DNA of 64,000 bases from Spirochaetia bacterium (GCA_963662795.1 OY759746.1:96001-160000), one strand, 5' to 3'. Shown: positions 18,427 through 27,514, counted from the stretch's first letter. Translations and numbers: made by a program. The notes: a model not told the origin generated them from the letters alone.

Positions 18427-20186
18427 TAACAGGTCTCCTCATTCTTTACTTTATAACTCTCAACTATTCCATTAAGCACACCGGCTGTTTCCTCAAGTGT
18501 GTTTGCGGTATCAGCATTTTCATCTATCGTCTGCGCAAATTCACTGATGCCTTCAGATATCTGTCTGAGAGTAATCAATATCTGTTCAAAAGCGTTCATT
18601 TGCTTATTTACAGATTCCCTTATTTCTTCGGTTGATTCGGCTGAAGTTTCAGATGCCTCCAGAATCCTGGTAAAAAGCCCTTCAATTTTCTGCGACATTT
18701 CCCAGGCTTCCTGAATTTTTTCTGAATCATGCTCAGATGACTGGATTAGCCTGTCTGAAGCCTCTTCAATCTCGCTTATTCTGGATTTTATCTCGCCTGT
18801 GGATGCTACTGTATTATCCGCAAGACGGCGTATTTCACTGGCCACAATCTCGAAGTTCTTTCCTGCCTCGCCGGCGGAAGAGGCTTCAAGTGCAGCGTTA
18901 AACGCTATGATTTTAATCTGCCCTGCGATATTGTTGATTATTTTTACAATTTCCCAGATACTGTTAATATGCTCTCCGAGAGTCTTTATCCCTTCAATTG
19001 TCTGGTCATAGGATAATTTTACCTGATCCATTTTTTCGAGGTTCTGCTGAATTGTTGAAAAGCCGTCCCTGACATTTTCCTTTACAGAGACAGACTGATC
19101 AGCCACAAGCTTTACCTGGGAACCAACCTCTTTTGAGAGAACATCAACATCCTCCATTGTGGAAACAACCTCGGTCGCGGCAGCTGCCTGCTCATTGGAA
19201 TATGCTGCATTCTGCTGACTTGAAGCCGCTACCCTTTTTGTTGATTCAATGATTTTAAAACTGGTTTGATGGATATCGCCAAGCAGCTTGTTAAAATTAT
19301 CAAGAATCGCGTTTACATATTCTGCAATTTCTCCAAGCTCATTAAAGTTGAGTATATTTATTCTTTTATCCAGATCTGAAGACTGCCGTGAAAGATCTCT
19401 GACAAGCTCATGTATTGAGCGTATCTGAAGCGTATATTCATAACGTGCCAGAGCCATAAGCCCTGAGGCTGTCGCAATGCATAAGACGCCAAGTCCGAAG
19501 ACAGAAAAATAAAAATCACCTGACAGCACAAATATTTCCCTGTTGGCATAGTAATAAACCACATATGCAAATGATACTGCAATATAAAAGGATGAAAACA
19601 GGACTACCAGGGTATCACGGGATCTTGAAAATCCGTCATACTCGCCTTCGCGGATTTCCTGTATCATCAGCTCTTTTTTTGCTGATATCAGGCTTAAATT
19701 AATAAGTATGGCTGTGTACATGCCTGCCATAACTCCGACTGATACTTTCAGAAGAATGCCGAAGATGTAGGGGATTCCGCTCTCGACTTTAAAGTGATTC
19801 ATCATATAGTAAGCAGAAGTGCCTAAAAACCATGTGCATACCTGAAAAATAAGGATTGTCCATGGAATTCTTATCGCGGCAATCCGCGCCTGCTGATATT
19901 TTTCCCCTTTTTCAAGATACGTAAACAGAGGACGCAGGAATGCAAGTATAATCATATAAAGAATTACAGAAAAAACTATATAAAGGGCTACTACTGCAGG
20001 CTTGAATGTAAAGACAACTCTCTGCGCAAAACTGAATCCCTGCCTGTCAAGCGCATTGTTGAAAACCGCGTTAAGGAACTCACTTAAAAACAGAAAAAAT
20101 CCGAGTATACCGAAATTAATAATACCCAGACGTATCTTTAAATAAGTGTCGATTTTAGACCGGTTTAATTTGTTTGATTGAATCAT
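18426..20186 (-). CDS. Methyl-accepting chemotaxis protein with multi-pass (about 6 TM) membrane sensor and HAMP
   Basis: Six hydrophobic segments in the first ~250 aa, HAMP (DL.KRI...NELGEI), MA domain. Confidence 0.88.
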   Translation of the reverse strand: MIQSNKLNRSKIDTYLKIRLGIINFGILGFFLFLSEFLNAVFNNALDRQGFSFAQRVVFTFKPAVVALYIVFSVILYMIILAFLRPLFTYLEKGEKYQQARIAAIRIPWTILIFQVCTWFLGTSAYYMMNHFKVESGIPYIFGILLKVSVGVMAGMYTAILINLSLISAKKELMIQEIREGEYDGFSRSRDTLVVLFSSFYIAVSFAYVVYYYANREIFVLSGDFYFSVFGLGVLCIATASGLMALARYEYTLQIRSIHELVRDLSRQSSDLDKRINILNFNELGEIAEYVNAILDNFNKLLGDIHQTSFKIIESTKRVAASSQQNAAYSNEQAAAATEVVSTMEDVDVLSKEVGSQVKLVADQSVSVKENVRDGFSTIQQNLEKMDQVKLSYDQTIEGIKTLGEHINSIWEIVKIINNIAGQIKIIAFNAALEASSAGEAGKNFEIVASEIRRLADNTVASTGEIKSRISEIEEASDRLIQSSEHDSEKIQEAWEMSQKIEGLFTRILEASETSAESTEEIRESVNKQMNAFEQILITLRQISEGISEFAQTIDENADTANTLEETAGVLNGIVESYKVKNEETC

Positions 20187-20313
20187 GAATTATTTCCTTT
20201 TTTAAGAAAGATCACATACAAGTATATCTAAGTATCGCTTTAGCATACTATAAATTCAATTCAGTAAAGTGTATTTTTTTATTATAATAAAAAAAAAATA
20301 TGGAGAGTAAATA

Positions 20314-21180
20314 TTGAATTATACAATTGAAAAACTGCAGACACCTTCCGGAAATGATACTGCAGACATAGAGATGCTGTTTGAAATCTGCAACAATTAC
20401 GATAATACAAATTATTCCTTTGATCCGGATGATGATTTTAAAAAAACGGATGATGCAAATATTTTTTTACTCTATGCGGATGGTTCCCCCGCAGGTGCAG
20501 CTTCAATATTTGCACCTGGAAAAACCGAAGCAGAACTTACAGTTTTAGTAAGCCCTGCATACCGCAGAAATGGAATCTTTACAAAACTGCTGGGAGAAGC
20601 AGAAAAGGAACTAAGAAAACGTGGTATATTTTCAATACTTTTTGTCTGCGACAGGAATTCTGCTTATGGTAAAAAAACTGCTGAAAAAGAGAGCGCGGTA
20701 TTCGAGTTTTCAGAATACATGATGAGGCTTAATAAAAAAATTAAACCGCTTCCCTTGCGGGATAACGGGATTTCACTTGATGAAGCCGCGCCGGAGGATG
20801 CTGCAAAACTGATAGAAATAAACAGCAGTTCTTTTAACAGCGAAAAGGCAGAGACAGAAGAAATTATCATGGAATTTTTCAGCAGCAGCCGCAGAAAACT
20901 CTATGCAATCCGGTATAACGGGGAAACAGCAGGGATGATAGGAATATACAGTGAAAAAACCAGAGCATATATATACGGATTCTGCATTGATAAAAAATAC
21001 CGGGGTATGGGAATAGGAAAAAAAGCTCTTTCAATTACAGTTGAAAAATGCGCAGAACTGTATCCTGGAACAACTGTTGAACTTGAGGTTCAGACTGATA
21101 ATGAAAATGCTCTTCTTCTTTACAGCAAATCAGGTTTTGAAACAGCGGCAGTATTTGATTATTACAGGAAATATATATAA
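20314..21180 (+). CDS. Tandem GNAT acetyltransferase
   Basis: Two acetyl-CoA motifs (VSPAYRRNGI; IDKKYRGMGIG), N..AL.LY.K.GF; TTG start after GGAG. Confidence 0.88.
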   Translation: MNYTIEKLQTPSGNDTADIEMLFEICNNYDNTNYSFDPDDDFKKTDDANIFLLYADGSPAGAASIFAPGKTEAELTVLVSPAYRRNGIFTKLLGEAEKELRKRGIFSILFVCDRNSAYGKKTAEKESAVFEFSEYMMRLNKKIKPLPLRDNGISLDEAAPEDAAKLIEINSSSFNSEKAETEEIIMEFFSSSRRKLYAIRYNGETAGMIGIYSEKTRAYIYGFCIDKKYRGMGIGKKALSITVEKCAELYPGTTVELEVQTDNENALLLYSKSGFETAAVFDYYRKYI

Positions 21181-21210
21181 AAAAGGCTGCCTTACTTAAA
21201 AGACAGCCCT
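21181..21210. terminator. Possible terminator hairpin between convergent GNAT and dctM genes
   Basis: AGGCTGCCTT...AAGACAGCCCT imperfect stem next to an A-run (U-tract on the minus strand). Confidence 0.45.
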
Positions 21211-21219
21211 ATTGACTAT

Positions 21220-22566
21220 TTACCTTACATTGACGATCATTTTTTCGGGGAGCCATGTTATGATTCCGGGAAAAATAACAAGAAGAACAAGAACAAATCC
21301 GACTATTGCTACAAAAGGCAATACCCCGCGTATTATATCCCCCATTTCGAGGTTGTATTCTTTTGGAGCAGTACCTTTGAGAACAAAAATGGACATAGCC
21401 ATCGGAGGTGTCATAAACGCCATCTGAAGGTTAATAACCACCATCATTCCTGCCCAGAGCGGATCAAATCCCAGTTTGGCAAATATTATTGAAAAGATTG
21501 GAACAACGATAAAAACGATTCCTATCCATTCAATAAACATACCCAGCGCAAAGACAATAAGCATGACTACCGCAAAGGATGCCCATTTGCCTCCCGGAAC
21601 CGACAGGATAAGTTCTGCGACAACATCCCCTGCCCCCGCGTTCATAAATATGCCGACAAAGGCATAGGACAGGGCGGCAATCAGGACAACAAACGCGCTG
21701 ACCTTCATCGTTTCAAGACTTGCTGTTTTAAGCATTTTAAAACTGAATTTCCGGTATGCGATTGCGAGGAGAATTGACGCGGTGCACCCGACTGCGGCGG
21801 CTTCTGTCGGAGGAGCTATACCTGAAAATATTGTACCAAGCACTGCGGCAATAAGAAGGACAGGAGGAAGCATGGATTTAAGAAGCTTTAATATTTTTGC
21901 CGGAGTAATAGGCGTCATCTGGTCTGCCGGTATTGCAGGACCAAGTTTTGGATTAATCATGCACCGTATTACAACATAGAGAATATACATGGAAGAAAGG
22001 AGAAGTCCGGGAAATATCGCCCCCATAAACATCTGGCCGATTGAAAGCCCGGCCTGGGGTGCGTAGACAATAAGCATGATACTCGGGGGGATCAGAATTC
22101 CAAGTGTACCCGCGGCTACAATTGAGCCTGAAGCGATACCCCTGTCATACCCCCGGTTAAGCATCGGGCCCAGGGCCATCAGAGTCAGTATTGTAACAGA
22201 TGCGGCGATAACTCCCAGACATGCGGCAAGAATTGTTCCGAAAACTATTGTTACAATGGCAAGCCCGCCTTTAAGCCGCCCGAGAGCGTCATAAAGGTTT
22301 TCATAAAGCTCATTTGTTATCCCTGACTGCTGAAGGATTACACCCATAAAAGTAAAAAGAGGAACAGCAAGGTAAGGGTAATTAAGAGATAGATCGTAAA
22401 ATCTTGTAAACAGGATATGGAATGTAGTGTTTGCTCCGAATACAGCCATACCCACAAGGAATGAGACACTTCCAATTACAAACGCAATTGGAAATCCGGT
22501 TAAAACAAGGACGAATACCCCGCCCAGCATAAGAAGGGCAATAATTTCAGGATTAAGCGTTATCAA
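21220..22566 (-). CDS. TRAP transporter large permease DctM
   Basis: LAVPLFTFMG, GTLGILIPPSI, APPTEAAA, MTPPMA; TTG start 22566 after AGGAGG. Confidence 0.93.
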   Translation of the reverse strand: MITLNPEIIALLMLGGVFVLVLTGFPIAFVIGSVSFLVGMAVFGANTTFHILFTRFYDLSLNYPYLAVPLFTFMGVILQQSGITNELYENLYDALGRLKGGLAIVTIVFGTILAACLGVIAASVTILTLMALGPMLNRGYDRGIASGSIVAAGTLGILIPPSIMLIVYAPQAGLSIGQMFMGAIFPGLLLSSMYILYVVIRCMINPKLGPAIPADQMTPITPAKILKLLKSMLPPVLLIAAVLGTIFSGIAPPTEAAAVGCTASILLAIAYRKFSFKMLKTASLETMKVSAFVVLIAALSYAFVGIFMNAGAGDVVAELILSVPGGKWASFAVVMLIVFALGMFIEWIGIVFIVVPIFSIIFAKLGFDPLWAGMMVVINLQMAFMTPPMAMSIFVLKGTAPKEYNLEMGDIIRGVLPFVAIVGFVLVLLVIFPGIITWLPEKMIVNVR

Positions 22567-23077
22567 TTGGGGTACCTCCTGCAAATAAATAAACATCACG
22601 TATAAATTTTGCCAGTCCCTGCAACACCAGCAGGAACAGGCCGAGGGTAAAAACAGTCCTGTACGGCCCGGCAGGCGGATACCAGAAACTGTTGAACATT
22701 ACCTCATTGATTTTCCAGGCTTTAATGGTCCATTTTAACGAGTACCAGAACATGACAGTCACAAGGGGGAAAAACAGGAAAAGGGAAGAAATCATATCTA
22801 TCAGGGCCCGGTAACGCGGACTGAATCTGCTGTATATCAGATCCACCCGTGTATGAGCGTTATGAAGATAATCATAAGACGCTCCCAGGAGATACAAAGT
22901 ACCTCCCGCCATACTAAGGGTATCATATGCCCAGATTGTCGGCGAACCGAAAACATGTCTTGAAATTGTCTCGAATGTTCCTGCCGCGACAAGCAGAAGG
23001 GCAAACCATTTCCCGACAGATCCTGCTGTTTCACTTAAATTATCTATAAATTTTAAAACCTTTCTTATGAAAGTCAT
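22553..23077 (-). CDS. TRAP transporter small permease DctQ
   Basis: Four TMs, ISRH.F..PTIWA, H.RVD motif; ATG 23077 after AAGGAG. Confidence 0.9.
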   Translation of the reverse strand: MTFIRKVLKFIDNLSETAGSVGKWFALLLVAAGTFETISRHVFGSPTIWAYDTLSMAGGTLYLLGASYDYLHNAHTRVDLIYSRFSPRYRALIDMISSLFLFFPLVTVMFWYSLKWTIKAWKINEVMFNSFWYPPAGPYRTVFTLGLFLLVLQGLAKFIRDVYLFAGGTPIDNA

Positions 23078-23096
23078 GCCTGGCTCCTTGAGTAGT

Positions 23097-24164
23097 TTAC
23101 TGCATAGCCGCGTATGCAATTCCATAAGCTTTCATGGAATTGTATATTTCACCGAAAATTGGCTTTTCCGATGCTGCTTTTTCTGAATAGAATTTATCTG
23201 CTTCTGCCATTATTGCTTTTTCAATATCAGCAGGAACTTTAAGAACCTTGTTTCCGGCTTTCTTGAAGCTTTCAACCGCTTTTATTGATTCTGCAATCAG
23301 GTATTCATGCTGCAGCATTGTATAGTTTGAAATAACATTTTTAACAATTGCCTGAAGATCTGCAGGAAGCGCATTAAAAGCATCCTTGTTTACAAAAAAC
23401 ACCTGGGGATCGCTGGGGGCTCTTGATGAAGAAATATAAACATAATCCGCTACTTCATTGAAGTGCATTGTCCAGTTGGATGCGAGAGTTGAATATTCAA
23501 AAGCGTCAATTGTTCCCCTCTGCATTGCTTCATAAAGTTCACCGCCGGGCATGATAACTGTAGCAGCGCCGAGTCTTTTAAGGATTTCACCGCCGTCGCC
23601 CATACATCTTGCCTTAAGACCCTTTATGTCAGCCATTGATTTGAGTTCTTTTTTAGAGTGGAAAAAAACTTCTGCGGGAAGAGGTGAAAGAGCTCCGGGA
23701 AAAGTCATTACATTATAGCCTTCCATCATTTTGTTCATGAGATCAGCGCCGCCTGCATAATCAAACCATGAGCGGAGAGCCTCTCCTGCAAGAGCGCCCG
23801 GTCTTGAGCTGATAAGACCTGCAGCAGACCATTTGTCAAGGTTATACATCGGACATGTATAGCCCATCTGTAAAACATCTTCATTAATCGCATCCAATTC
23901 TTTGTATGCCGGAACAATAGATCCGCCGACAAAAGGTTTGACCTCAAGACGTCCGCCTGAAGCTTCAGTTATGGCATTGCATACCATATCATGATAAATC
24001 TGGGAAGGATCAGAAGCTGGTCCATGGCCTGATGATTTCCAGACTATTTTCTCGACAGCAGCTGCCTTATCAGCATCTGCACTCTTTCCTGCAGAACAGG
24101 AAGCCAATACTCCGGCAGTCAGGATTAATGCGATTAATCCGGCTGTCAACAAGTACTTTTTCAT
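23097..24164 (-). CDS. TRAP substrate-binding lipoprotein DctP (TakP-like, 2-oxoacid/lactate type)
   Basis: Lipobox LASC; SGGRLEV, KGLK.R, GGELYEAMQRGTIDAFE; RBS AAGGAG. Confidence 0.88.
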   Translation of the reverse strand: MKKYLLTAGLIALILTAGVLASCSAGKSADADKAAAVEKIVWKSSGHGPASDPSQIYHDMVCNAITEASGGRLEVKPFVGGSIVPAYKELDAINEDVLQMGYTCPMYNLDKWSAAGLISSRPGALAGEALRSWFDYAGGADLMNKMMEGYNVMTFPGALSPLPAEVFFHSKKELKSMADIKGLKARCMGDGGEILKRLGAATVIMPGGELYEAMQRGTIDAFEYSTLASNWTMHFNEVADYVYISSSRAPSDPQVFFVNKDAFNALPADLQAIVKNVISNYTMLQHEYLIAESIKAVESFKKAGNKVLKVPADIEKAIMAEADKFYSEKAASEKPIFGEIYNSMKAYGIAYAAMQ

Positions 24165-24232
24165 AATACACTCCTTAATGATATTATATTTATAGTCTGC
24201 ACAAAATAAATACAGACCTGATTGATAACTAA

Positions 24233-25060
24233 TCAGAAAATTGTCAGAGAACTGCCTGTACAGTTATAAAAATAACCTGAACTGGAGTTTTCAAGTAATT
24301 TACCGGCTTTCTCCCCGGTACAATGGGATACACCAATAACCTTAATGTTGTTGTTTATAAGATATTCAACAGAAGCATCAGAGGCTTCCTGTGAAGCTTC
24401 GGCGAGGTGGGTTCCTCCGAGTACCGCATATATCGGCTTTTTTAAGCGTAATTTTACTTCTTCAAGCATGTTGCGCATACCGGGGTGAGAGCAGCCCATA
24501 ATTGCAATTAACCCCGGAGGGGTATCAACTACAATCATTACCTCATCATCAAAATCATCATCCACAAAGCCTTCGTGGGTTAGAAGCTTGAATCTTTTAT
24601 TTATTTTTTCATCAGTGTTAACACGTGGAAAAAATCCCAGGACAAACACTCCCGGTACAAGCTCTCTTACAGGTTCAGTCAATTCACTGTAAAGAATATT
24701 TCTTTTTTTTAAAAACTCAGCTGTAAAATTATTGCCTAGATACTCATGTGCTCCGTTCCTCCCGGCATATTTTTCCCTGAAAAAACCCGGTCCTGTCACC
24801 AGTTCAAAACCGGTTGTTACATTAAGCAATTCCCTGAGTCCGCCTGTATGGTCATAATGCCCATGACTTAATACAACACATTCAAGATCAGTAAGATCAA
24901 TCTGCAGCTGATGAGCGTTGTAAATAAAATCTCCTGATTGTCCTGCGTCAAAAAGTATTTTATTTCTCGGCATTTCAATGCATATTGAAAGTCCATGCTC
25001 ATTCCTTAAAGCAAGATGCTCCCCAATGGAATTCTCAATAAGGGTTGTTATTCTGATCAT
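24233..25060 (-). CDS. Metallo-beta-lactamase-fold hydrolase (COG1237-like)
   Basis: EHGLS, LFDAG, SHGHYDHTGG, GCSHPG, GGTH, HCTG. Confidence 0.88.
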   Translation of the reverse strand: MIRITTLIENSIGEHLALRNEHGLSICIEMPRNKILFDAGQSGDFIYNAHQLQIDLTDLECVVLSHGHYDHTGGLRELLNVTTGFELVTGPGFFREKYAGRNGAHEYLGNNFTAEFLKKRNILYSELTEPVRELVPGVFVLGFFPRVNTDEKINKRFKLLTHEGFVDDDFDDEVMIVVDTPPGLIAIMGCSHPGMRNMLEEVKLRLKKPIYAVLGGTHLAEASQEASDASVEYLINNNIKVIGVSHCTGEKAGKLLENSSSGYFYNCTGSSLTIF

Positions 25061-25764
25061 TGTTTGCCTCCGGATTCAGTGATGTGGCTTCTAATATCCT
25101 TAAGGGCATTTTTAATGTGCTCTTCCATTTTTTTTTCAGCCGCCTTACTGTCATGTGAAATCACGGCATCGACAATAGCGCAATGTTCCTTTATTGTCTT
25201 TTTAATTCTTCCCGGTACATTAAGGCTTGAAATCCACCCCACAGGCAGGGACTGAGTCATTGTTTTCATCATCATATACAGGGTCCGGTTTTTTGCAGCC
25301 TTTGCAAGCTGGAGGTGAAACTTTTCATCAAGATGGATAATTTCAGACGTAGTTCCTGTTTCAGAAAGCAGATTGAATTGTCTGCATATGTCCTTCAATT
25401 TAAGGATATCGTCGTCTTCTGCTTTGGCTGCAGCATATGCTGCAGTCTTGGGATCAATAATCAGCCTTATTTCAAAGTGCTCCTCAAATGAGGCTTCATT
25501 CTTCCGGAGCCAGTCGGCAAAATTCTGATTATTTTTTTCATTCGGGTCAGCAATAAATATCCCTTTCCCATGAATAACATCAACCAGCCCGGAAAGTTCA
25601 AGAATCCGTACTGCTTCGCGGACCGAAGACCGGCTCACACTCAGCAGCCGGGTCAGTTGATTCTCTGAATAGAATTTATCGCCGGTAGAAAAACTTTCTT
25701 CCCTGATCATCTTTTTAATTTCTTCAAACACCTGGTCTGAAAGTCTTGTTTTTGTAATTGCCAG
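25057..25764 (-). CDS. GntR/FadR-family transcriptional regulator
   Basis: wHTH (SE..L...L.VSRSSVREA..L..G.V...HGKG) plus FCD (D..FH..LA....N, EH..I..A); probable CTG start 6 nt after AGGAGG, alternative ATG at 25800. Confidence 0.92.
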   Translation of the reverse strand: MAITKTRLSDQVFEEIKKMIREESFSTGDKFYSENQLTRLLSVSRSSVREAVRILELSGLVDVIHGKGIFIADPNEKNNQNFADWLRKNEASFEEHFEIRLIIDPKTAAYAAAKAEDDDILKLKDICRQFNLLSETGTTSEIIHLDEKFHLQLAKAAKNRTLYMMMKTMTQSLPVGWISSLNVPGRIKKTIKEHCAIVDAVISHDSKAAEKKMEEHIKNALKDIRSHITESGGKQ

Positions 25765-25788
25765 AAAATTCCTCCTAAACACTTTATG

Positions 25789-25807
25789 TTGTCTACTCAT
25801 CAGACAA
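25789..25807. promoter_or_regulatory. Putative FadR/LutR-type operator
   Basis: Inverted repeat TTGTCT-N7-AGACAA at the predicted transcription start of the gntR operon. Confidence 0.6.
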
Positions 25808-25812
25808 GTTAA

Positions 25813-25841
25813 ATTATAAACCCTGTTTTTTAAGCAGTCAA
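25813..25841 (-). promoter_or_regulatory. sigma70 promoter of the gntR-MBL-TRAP operon
   Basis: Minus strand TTGACT-17 nt-TATAAT. Confidence 0.7.
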
Positions 25842-25923
25842 TATTTTTTCCCTGCTGCTTTATGCTTTCAGGATTATATTTTTAAAGCAGAAAAAAGAAC
25901 TATCCGGTCAGTCTCATTAAAAG

Positions 25924-25952
25924 TTGACAGAATCTGATGCCGGGAATAAACT
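25924..25952 (+). promoter_or_regulatory. Putative sigma70 promoter of the CGGC gene
   Basis: TTGACA-17 nt-TAAACT. Confidence 0.55.
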
Positions 25953-26009
25953 TAAAAAAGTTTTTACTTCAACATTCTGCACATCCATCTTCAAACGGGG
26001 AGAGATATA

Positions 26010-26453
26010 ATGAAAAAAATCGGTATCATTATCTGCGGCAGATATAAAAACTGCGGCGGAGGCAAGTGTTTAAGGTCTCTGCGCGAACGGGTCGGCGCTT
26101 TTTCCATCTATCCAAAAGAAGAAGAGGTAGAATTGGTCGGTTATTCCAACTGCGGGGGATGCCCTGGCGGTAATATCGAGTACGTACCTGCCGAAATGAT
26201 CAAAAACGGAGCAGAAGTGATACATCTTGCAACAGGGCTTATAGTAGGATATCCTCCCTGTCCCAGCATCCGCCGCTTTAAATCATTCATTGAAACAGCT
26301 TACGGTATACCAGTTGTGATTGGAACTCACCCGATTCCGCAGAAATATATGGACACCCATGCAAAGCTTTCCATGTGGAAAGATGCAAACATGAAAGAAC
26401 TTGTACAGCCTTTATTTGATGAGGCACAGGATATTAAAATAGCCTATAATTAA
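26010..26453 (+). CDS. CGGC domain protein (putative metal/Fe-S binding)
   Basis: IIIC..Y..CGGGKC, NCGGCPG, IHLA, PPCP, GTH. Confidence 0.88.
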   Translation: MKKIGIIICGRYKNCGGGKCLRSLRERVGAFSIYPKEEEVELVGYSNCGGCPGGNIEYVPAEMIKNGAEVIHLATGLIVGYPPCPSIRRFKSFIETAYGIPVVIGTHPIPQKYMDTHAKLSMWKDANMKELVQPLFDEAQDIKIAYN

Positions 26454-26595
26454 AATCCAGTCTTGTTTCTGTTGAAGAATGAAGATTCTTTTGCTACAAT
26501 CTGAAAGTTCTGCGCTTATACTATGTTCTGGTGCATTCTATTTATAGTAAAAAACGTTTGAATTTTTATCAAATTAATTTTGACAGGGGTTATGG

Positions 26596-27126
26596 ATGAA
26601 ACTTCTTTTGAAAATGAAAACAAAAGACTACGATACACTTGTTTTGTTCTTTCCACTCCTGTTCAGAATATCCATGATCCTTCTTTCAATTTTTATTGCA
26701 GCTTCAATATTCCTTTTTCCCATTGAGAATGGCGAAAGGGGTACTGACTTTATACCTGCACTACTCAGCATAATATGCCTGATATCTGCAACCTATGGTG
26801 AAAAATGGGTATTTGACAGAAAGAAAAACATAATCTTCACACAGACATCATTTTTATTTATTAAAAAGTATAAAATGGTAAAAATGAATCAGATCAGGAA
26901 TATATCTGTTGCAAGATTCATAAAGCGTAAAAATCCCGATTCATCTTTCCTGAAACTGTCGGTTTTTCTTAAAGACCAGACATCCATGGATATTGAAATT
27001 CTCCCGTCACGGGACATTGAGAACGCAAGAAGGAAAGGAGAAGCAATTGCAGAATTCTGTTCATTCCCGTTCAGGGATTCATCAGCTGTCACAGGGGAAC
27101 AGGAAAAACCGCTTATAACAGCATAA
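26596..27126 (+). CDS. Hypothetical membrane protein (2 TM plus soluble domain)
   Basis: 176-aa ORF with two hydrophobic segments; no recognised motif. Confidence 0.6.
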   Translation: MKLLLKMKTKDYDTLVLFFPLLFRISMILLSIFIAASIFLFPIENGERGTDFIPALLSIICLISATYGEKWVFDRKKNIIFTQTSFLFIKKYKMVKMNQIRNISVARFIKRKNPDSSFLKLSVFLKDQTSMDIEILPSRDIENARRKGEAIAEFCSFPFRDSSAVTGEQEKPLITA

Positions 27127-27514
27127 CTATATATCCATTTTTTTTCAGCGTCTCGGGGACCTGCTTCATCTCTCTGTTTACTGTACGTTTTCCCTTTGAC
27201 TGAAAATATAAAAGGGTAAGTTCTTCAGCTATCGGGACAAGTATGTCTGAAGAGACCTCAGGGAACATCCACCCCGGCCAGACTTCAGATGCCGGTGCTT
27301 CAATTAGTGAATCCATTCCCCACTTCTTGTATCTGCTTTCTCCTTCAAGAAGTTTTTCCTTAAGGATTTTATAATCCTCCCTTATACCAGTCATAGCCAT
27401 GATTTTTTCCATGTTGACTTTTCCGTCATCCGCAAGAGGGATCCTGTCGCCGGCCACAACTCCTCCCTGATCAAAATATATTGCCTTGATTTTCTTTACC
27501 GCTGTGTCCTGCAT
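27113..27514 (-). pseudogene. C-terminally truncated HAD-superfamily hydrolase
   Basis: Strong RBS; motif I (IKAIYFDQGG) and cap present; stops at LKKNGYIVMLL just before motif II; motifs III/IV absent. Confidence 0.6.

Noticed and set aside
20201-20216. CRP-like site upstream of the chemosensory operon (TGTGA-N6-TTAAA on the minus strand), which would suggest cAMP feedback
   Set aside because: Only one good half-site in AT-rich DNA; expected by chance.
20221-20270. sigma28 (flagellar) promoter for the che operon
   Set aside because: GCGATAC is a weak -10 match and no correctly spaced TAAA -35 is present.
24233-25060. Beta-lactam resistance gene
   Set aside because: No signal peptide; the motifs (EHGLS, GCSHPG, HCTG) match the COG1237 hydrolase family, not class B beta-lactamases.
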